DNA of 64,000 bases from Mycobacterium sp. (GTDB lineage Bacteria; Actinomycetota; Actinomycetes; Mycobacteriales; Mycobacteriaceae), in NCBI RefSeq assembly GCF_025965855.1, contig NZ_JAOPWB010000218.1, positions 14,263-78,262 of the forward strand, given 5' to 3'. Below, piece after piece: positions 58,484 through 64,000 of the stretch. Made by a program: the position numbers and the translations under genes. The notes beneath the pieces were generated by a model, which saw only the letters and a program-made list of their open reading frames with translations, was not told the origin of the DNA and ran no database searches. Positions within the stretch are counted from its first letter, which is position 1. Every line of letters begins with the position of its first letter.

Positions 58484-59764
58484 GTGCCCGAAAGCAACGC
58501 CGTGACAAACGATGAGCTCCGTCGAAGCCTGGGCGTGTTCGACGCGGTGGTGATCGGACTCGGCTCCATGATCGGCGCCGGCATCTTCGCGGCGCTGGGC
58601 CCCGCGGCACACGCCGCCGGCTCCGGGCTGCTCCTGGGCCTGGGGTTGGCGGCGGTGGTGGCCTACTGCAACGCCACCTCGTCCGCGCGGCTGGCCGCCC
58701 TCTATCCCGCCTCCGGCGGCACCTATCTGTATGGCCGCAAGCGGCTCGGCGATTTCTGGGGCTACTTGGCGGGTTGGGGCTTTGTCGTCGGCAAGACCGC
58801 CTCGTGCGCGGCGATGGCCTTGACCGTCGGCTCATACGCATGGCCGTCGCAGGCGCACCCGGTCGCCGTCGCCGCGGTGGTCGCGCTGACGGCGGTGAAC
58901 TACGCCGGGGTGCAGAAGTCGGCGTGGCTGACCCGCATCATCGTCGCGGTGGTCCTCGCGGTGCTGGCCGCAGTGGTCGTCGCCGTGTTCGTGTCTCGGA
59001 GCGTCAGCGCCGATCACCTGCACCTGGCGGGTGCCACCGTCGGCGGCGTCATCCAGGCCGCGGGCCTGCTGTTTTTCGCCTTTGCCGGCTATGCGCGCAT
59101 CGCCACGCTGGGCGAAGAGGTGCGCGATCCGGCGCGCACCATCCCACGGGCGATCCCCCTGGCACTGGCCATCGCCCTGGCCGTATACGCGCTGGTGGCG
59201 GTCGCGGCGCTCACCGCGCTGGGCCCCCGACGTCTCGCCGAGGCCTCCGCGCCGCTGTCCGAGGCGGTGCGGGCGGCGGGGACCGGCTGGCTGGCGCCCG
59301 TCGTGCAGGTGGGTGCGACCGTGGCGGCACTGGGCTCGCTGCTGGCACTGATTCTCGGGGTCTCGCGCACTACCTTGGCGATGGCGCGCGACCACCACTT
59401 CCCCCACGCGCTGACCGCCGTGCATCCGAGGTTCGGGGTGCCCCACCGCGCCGAGCTGCTGATCGGTGTCGTCGTGGCGGCGTTGGCCGCGACCGCCGAC
59501 CTGCGGGGGGCGATCGGTTTTTCCTCGTTCGCCGTGCTGATCTACTACGCGGTCGCCAACGCCTCCGCGTTCACCCTCCGGCCCGACGAGGGCCGGCCGC
59601 GCCGCGCGATCCCGGTGATCGGACTCGTCGGGTGCGTGGTCTTGGCGTGCGCGCTGCCGCTGTCTGCGGTGCTGTCGGGGACGACGGTGCTGGGCGTTGG
59701 CGTCGCGGCGTACGCGATTCGGCGCCTAACGCGCCAAGTGATGCGACCCGCGGATGACGCGTGA
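58484..59764 (+). CDS. APC-family (amino acid permease-like) transporter
   Basis: LRRSLGVFDAVVIGLGSMIGAGIF, FFAFAGYARIA; about 12 TM segments. Confidence 0.9.
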   Translation: MPESNAVTNDELRRSLGVFDAVVIGLGSMIGAGIFAALGPAAHAAGSGLLLGLGLAAVVAYCNATSSARLAALYPASGGTYLYGRKRLGDFWGYLAGWGFVVGKTASCAAMALTVGSYAWPSQAHPVAVAAVVALTAVNYAGVQKSAWLTRIIVAVVLAVLAAVVVAVFVSRSVSADHLHLAGATVGGVIQAAGLLFFAFAGYARIATLGEEVRDPARTIPRAIPLALAIALAVYALVAVAALTALGPRRLAEASAPLSEAVRAAGTGWLAPVVQVGATVAALGSLLALILGVSRTTLAMARDHHFPHALTAVHPRFGVPHRAELLIGVVVAALAATADLRGAIGFSSFAVLIYYAVANASAFTLRPDEGRPRRAIPVIGLVGCVVLACALPLSAVLSGTTVLGVGVAAYAIRRLTRQVMRPADDA

Positions 59765-59792
59765 CGCCGACTGCGAGAACCACTTGCGGACT

Positions 59793-59828
59793 GATTCGAT
59801 GAATGTTTATATAGAAGAATGTCGAATC
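59793..59828. promoter_or_regulatory. ArsR/SmtB-type operator overlapping the arsR start
   Basis: GATTCGA...TCGAATC outer dyad around ATATA; AT-rich island in GC-rich DNA. Confidence 0.6.
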
Positions 59829-60184
59829 AGGCACCTGCGTGTTGCCCGACACTCGGAGCGGCCGCCATGGATGAACCGCAGGCCGCGGATCTGGCGGCGA
59901 TGTTCAAGGCGTTGGGCGACCCCGTGCGCCTGCGGTTGATGAGCCTGATCGCCAGTCACCCCGGCGGCGAGGCCTGTGTCTGTGAAATATCGGCGACATT
60001 CGACGTCTCCCAGCCAACGATTTCCCATCACCTCAAGCTGCTGCGCTCCGCCGGGCTGCTGGACTGCGAGCGGCGGGGCACCTGGGTGTACTACTGGGTG
60101 ATCTCCTCGGCATTGCAGCAGCTTTCGGCGGTCTTACGTGTCGAGGACTGCCCGCCCGCGACCACTCCCGGGTGCGGTCCGTGA
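59819..60184 (+). CDS. arsR: ArsR repressor
   Basis: KALGDPVRL, ACVCE As(III) box, SQPTISHHLK; N-terminal CC. Confidence 0.92.
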   Translation: MSNQAPACCPTLGAAAMDEPQAADLAAMFKALGDPVRLRLMSLIASHPGGEACVCEISATFDVSQPTISHHLKLLRSAGLLDCERRGTWVYYWVISSALQQLSAVLRVEDCPPATTPGCGP

Positions 60185-61263
60185 CCGCGGCCCCGACGCG
60201 GGCGACCGACCCGGAACCGGTAGCGACCCGGCTCTCCACGCTGGACCGGTTCCTGCCGGTATGGATCGGCGTGGCGATGGCCGCCGGCCTGCTGCTGGGC
60301 CGACTCATTCCAGGTCTCGGATCGGCGTTGAGCGCCATTGCGGTCCAAGGAATTTCACTGCCAATCGCGATCGGCCTGCTGGTCATGATGTATCCGGTGT
60401 TGGCCAAAGTCCGCTACGACCGACTCGACGAGGTCACCGCCGACCGCAGCCTGATGGTGAGCTCGTTGCTGCTCAACTGGCTGATCGGGCCCGCGGTGAT
60501 GTTCACCCTGGCGTGGCTGTTGCTGGCGGATCTGCCCGAGTATCGCACGGGGCTGATCATCGTCGGTCTGGCGCGCTGCATCGCGATGGTCATCATCTGG
60601 AACGACCTCGCCCGAGGCGACCGCGAAGCCGCAGCCGTGCTGGTCGCGCTGAACTCGCTGTTTCAGGTCGCCATGTTCGCCGCACTGGGCTGGTTCTACC
60701 TGTCGGTGCTGCCCGGCTGGCTGGGCCTCCCGCAAACCGGGATCGACGTCTCGCCGCGCCAGATCGGCGAATCCGTGCTCATCTTCCTCGGCGTTCCGCT
60801 GCTCGCCGGATACCTGTCGCGCCGCCTCGGTGAACGGCTCAAGGGCCGGCACTGGTACGAGACCCGGTTCCTGGCCCGCATCGGGCCGTGGGCGTTGTAT
60901 GGGTTGCTGTTCACCATCGTCATCCTGTTCGCCCTGCAGGGCCACCAAATCACCTCCCGGCCATGGGATGTCGCCCGCATCGCGATCCCACTGCTGGCCT
61001 ACTTCGCCGTCATGTGGGCCGGCGGATATGCCCTTGGACTCGTACTCCGGCTCGGCTACGCCCGCACCACGACGCTGGCGTTCACCGCCGCCGGTAACAA
61101 TTTCGAATTGGCGATCGCCGTGGCGATTGTCACCTACGGCGCCGCGTCGGGGCAGGCCCTGGCCGGGGTCGTCGGACCCTTGATCGAAGTGCCCGTGCTT
61201 GTCGGGCTGGTCTACGTTTCCCTCGCGCTGCGTCCCCGCCTGTTCCGAACCGAGCCAGACTGA
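60181..61263 (+). CDS. acr3: Arsenite efflux transporter Acr3
   Basis: LSTLDRFLPVWI, GLARCIAMV, AGNNFELAIAVA, GPLIEVP. Confidence 0.95.
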   Translation: MTAAPTRATDPEPVATRLSTLDRFLPVWIGVAMAAGLLLGRLIPGLGSALSAIAVQGISLPIAIGLLVMMYPVLAKVRYDRLDEVTADRSLMVSSLLLNWLIGPAVMFTLAWLLLADLPEYRTGLIIVGLARCIAMVIIWNDLARGDREAAAVLVALNSLFQVAMFAALGWFYLSVLPGWLGLPQTGIDVSPRQIGESVLIFLGVPLLAGYLSRRLGERLKGRHWYETRFLARIGPWALYGLLFTIVILFALQGHQITSRPWDVARIAIPLLAYFAVMWAGGYALGLVLRLGYARTTTLAFTAAGNNFELAIAVAIVTYGAASGQALAGVVGPLIEVPVLVGLVYVSLALRPRLFRTEPD

Positions 61264-61276
61264 GGAGCCGTCGCCG

Positions 61277-62125
61277 ATGGCCGACAAACCCAGCGTCCTG
61301 TTCGTCTGCGTCCATAACGCCGGCCGCTCGCAGATGGCCGCCGCCTTGCTGAGCCGCATGGCCGGAGAGCGCATCGAAGTCCGCTCCGCGGGAACCGAAC
61401 CCGCCGGTGAGGTCAACCCTGTCGCCGTCGCAGCCATGGCCGAACTCGGTGTTGACATCGCCGCGGCCACCCCCACAATCCTCACCACTGACGCGGTGCA
61501 GATCAGCGACGTCGTGATCACGATGGGCTGCGGTGACACCTGCCCCTACTTCCCGGGAGTGTCCTACCGCGACTGGCAACTGCCCGACCCCGCCGGTCAA
61601 CCCCTGGCCACCGTGCGCGCGATCCGCGACGACATCGCCGACCGCGTCCGGGCCTTGATCACCGAGCTCGTGCCCACGACAGCCCCGCACCCAGAGGAAG
61701 GACCCACCATGTCGCGTGTGCAGTTAGCCCTCAACGTCGACGACCTCGACGAGGCAATCGCGTTTTACTCGAAGCTGTTCAACACCGAGCCGGCGAAGGT
61801 CAAACCCGGCTACGCGAACTTCGCCGTCTCCGAGCCCCCGCTCAAGCTCGTGCTGCTCGAGAACCCGGGCCACGGCGGCACCCTCAACCACCTCGGCGTC
61901 GAAGTCGCCTCCAGCGACACCGTGCACACCGAAATCGCCCGGCTCACCGAGCGGGGGCTCGTCACCGAAGAGGAGATGAACACCACCTGTTGCTTCGCGA
62001 CCCAGGACAAAGTTTGGGTCACCGGGCCCGGCGGCGAACGCTGGGAGGTCTACACCGTCATAGTCGACTCCGAGGCCTTCGGACCAAGCACCGGCGAAGC
62101 CGACGAAGCCTGCTGCCAGGCGTAG
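61277..62125 (+). CDS. arsC-arsI: In-frame ArsC (arsenate reductase) - ArsI/CadI (VOC-fold) fusion ORF
   Basis: VLFVCVHNAGRSQMA..TMGCGDTCP, then with no stop MSRVQLALNVDDL..TTCCFATQDKVWV..WEVY..CC. Internal GAGGAAGGA RBS and ATG at 61709. Confidence 0.88.
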   Translation: MADKPSVLFVCVHNAGRSQMAAALLSRMAGERIEVRSAGTEPAGEVNPVAVAAMAELGVDIAAATPTILTTDAVQISDVVITMGCGDTCPYFPGVSYRDWQLPDPAGQPLATVRAIRDDIADRVRALITELVPTTAPHPEEGPTMSRVQLALNVDDLDEAIAFYSKLFNTEPAKVKPGYANFAVSEPPLKLVLLENPGHGGTLNHLGVEVASSDTVHTEIARLTERGLVTEEEMNTTCCFATQDKVWVTGPGGERWEVYTVIVDSEAFGPSTGEADEACCQA

Positions 62126-62172
62126 GTTGTCCCACCGCGATTCCGGCCGATCCGAAGGGGAAGACTGAGCCG

Positions 62173-62664
62173 GTGGCCGGAACCGACGCGTTCGAACGAC
62201 TGGTGGCCGTGCTGAACTATCCGATGTTCGTCGTCACCACCCAGGCCGACGGCGTCTTGGCCGGCTGTCTGGTCGGCTTCGCCAGCCAGGCCAGCATCCA
62301 TCCACCGCGTTTTCTGGTCGGTTTGTCCACGAAGAACCACACGTTCCGGGTGGCCGCCGGCGCCAGCCACCTGGCGGTGCACGTGTTCGATCGCGAGCAC
62401 CTCGCCGTCGCGGAGTTCTTCGGCAGCCAGACCGGCGACACCATCAACAAGTTCGACCGCTGCTCCTGGCATCGCGGCCCGGCGCAGTTGCCGATTCTCG
62501 ACGACGCGGCCGCCTGGTTCGTCGGCAAGATCCTCGATCGTTTCCCCCTCGGTGACCACGTCGGGCACCTGCTGGAACCGGTGGACGGCCGCCCGCCGAA
62601 GAAGCTCGAGCACTGGGTGTCCTTCGGCGACGTCCGCCACCTGGAACCGGGCCACGAGGCCTGA
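62173..62664 (+). CDS. Flavin reductase-like protein
   Basis: YPMFVVTT..GCLVGFASQASIHPP..GDHVG. Confidence 0.85.
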   Translation: MAGTDAFERLVAVLNYPMFVVTTQADGVLAGCLVGFASQASIHPPRFLVGLSTKNHTFRVAAGASHLAVHVFDREHLAVAEFFGSQTGDTINKFDRCSWHRGPAQLPILDDAAAWFVGKILDRFPLGDHVGHLLEPVDGRPPKKLEHWVSFGDVRHLEPGHEA

Positions 62665-62665
62665 C

Positions 62666-63352
62666 GTGAGCCGCTCTCCCCGGGTGGGCGCCGTCGGCGA
62701 CATCAACGAACTCGCGTCGTTCTACGCCGATCCCCCGCACGGGGTGCGTGCCAACATGATCTTCAGCGCCGACGGCGCCGCGGCCTTCGCCGGTCGCGCC
62801 GGTCCGCTGTCCTGTCCCACCGATCAACGGCTGCTGAGAATCCTGCGGGGCTTCGCCGACGTGGTTCTGGTCGGCGCGGGCACGGCGCGTGCCGAGAACT
62901 ACGGCCCCGTGCGACTCACCGATACGCGACGGGCCACGCCGCCGCCGATCGCCGTCGTCACCCGAACGGGGGAACTGCCGACCAGACTGTTCAGCGACCC
63001 CGACCAGCCCCCGATCCTGGTGACCGGCGCGCGCTCGGCCGCCGAGCTCGGCAACGACCCACACCGGCGGATCCTGGTGGCCGGCGAGGATTCCGTCGAC
63101 CTGACGCGCGCCGTCGCCCTGCTGCGCGCACAGGGCATGGAGCGCATCCTGTGCGAGGGCGGGCCGACGCTGCTCGACGAGCTGGTGGAGGCCGACGCCG
63201 TCGTCGAAATCTGCGTGACGCTGGCCCCCAAACTCGCCGGGCACCAGCCCGTGGGCAGCCGGCGGCCCTCACGGCTGTCCGTGCCGGTGCAGATGCGGCT
63301 CGAGCACGCCTTGGCCTACGACGACTACGTTTTCCTGAAGTATCGCCGCTGA
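62666..63352 (+). CDS. RibD C-terminal / pyrimidine reductase-like protein
   Basis: VRANMIFSADG, DVVLVGAGTARAENY, LCEGGPTL. Confidence 0.88.
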   Translation: MSRSPRVGAVGDINELASFYADPPHGVRANMIFSADGAAAFAGRAGPLSCPTDQRLLRILRGFADVVLVGAGTARAENYGPVRLTDTRRATPPPIAVVTRTGELPTRLFSDPDQPPILVTGARSAAELGNDPHRRILVAGEDSVDLTRAVALLRAQGMERILCEGGPTLLDELVEADAVVEICVTLAPKLAGHQPVGSRRPSRLSVPVQMRLEHALAYDDYVFLKYRR

Positions 63353-63359
63353 GCGGCGG

Positions 63360-63845
63360 TCAGGCCCGGGAATAACCGCGGCGGACCGTGCGATCGAGAA
63401 TGCCCAGGGTTGCCCGCAACGCGCCCTCGGAAAGCACCGGAAAAATCCCGGCGTCCCGCCACTTCGGGTCGATGTTCGACCAGTCGTAGAACGAGGTGAC
63501 CACGGTGGACGCGCCGTCGTCGGCCGGCTCGAGCAGGTAACCGTAGACGTGGCCGATCTCCGGGCGGATCTTGCCCAGAACCGTCCACGAGATCAGCCGA
63601 TCCTTCTCGAACTCCTTGATGTTGACGGTGACGTCATATTTGCCTAATTGCGGAAAGTCGTTAAGCGACTCGCGGTCCATGTGGACCACGAAGCTGTCCC
63701 CCACCGCCGTCACCGGGTCGCCTTCGGCGTCTTGGAGCATGCCCGAGGAATCGATGGACACGTGGCCCTGCGGGTCGCAGAGTACCGCGAAGACTTCGGG
63801 CGCCGGGGCCGGGATCGTGCGACTGGTCTCGATGCGTTCGGTCAT
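63360..63845 (-). CDS. SRPBCC/polyketide cyclase-like protein
   Basis: ETSRTIPAPAPEVFAVLCDP..H..IDSSGM..FEKDRLISW. Confidence 0.8.
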   Translation of the reverse strand: MTERIETSRTIPAPAPEVFAVLCDPQGHVSIDSSGMLQDAEGDPVTAVGDSFVVHMDRESLNDFPQLGKYDVTVNIKEFEKDRLISWTVLGKIRPEIGHVYGYLLEPADDGASTVVTSFYDWSNIDPKWRDAGIFPVLSEGALRATLGILDRTVRRGYSRA

Positions 63846-64000
63846 GGGCCCTCGCAGCCAGCGGAGGTAGACCTGATTTGCCTCGCTCACTCTACGTCGC
63901 TTCGGCCGGTAGACGTCGGTGCCGTCGCGATTGCTGGACGATCGCTCGGCATGCAGCGACTGACGAGGCTTCCTATGATGAAAGCTTGGGAAAGATTTCA

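Overview
High-GC actinobacterial DNA; gene content and codon style point to a non-tuberculous Mycobacterium. There are about 65 protein-coding genes. I found no rRNA, tRNA, CRISPR array, transposase or integrase. Main blocks: (1) 1-24.4 kb, mixed metabolic and accessory genes: P450/TetR, sulfatase, a PBP4-type lipoprotein sitting between two copies of a ~110-bp repeat, nitronate monooxygenase, a Ser/Thr kinase, an amidohydrolase-aldolase-CoA ligase unit, a MocR module and a DMT/diiron/CMD/beta-propeller unit. (2) An Rv1747-like FHA-ABC transporter, an esterase, an SDR, a molybdopterin oxidoreductase and a WS/DGAT. (3) 35.5-46.2 kb, a steroid ring-degradation cluster (hsaD/A/C-like, two ketosteroid dehydrogenases, kshA, IclR, PadR); the IclR gene appears to carry a premature TAG. 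(4) Pro-rich membrane proteins and two tandem PknI-like kinases. (5) 56-62 kb, an extended arsenic locus: an ArsR-LMWPTP fusion translationally coupled to a Tat-lipoprotein multicopper oxidase with Leu at the T1 axial position, a divergent APC permease, arsR-acr3, and an in-frame ArsC-ArsI/CadI fusion. Block 5 is the best candidate for an undescribed system. All family assignments come from motif recognition by eye; no database search was run.
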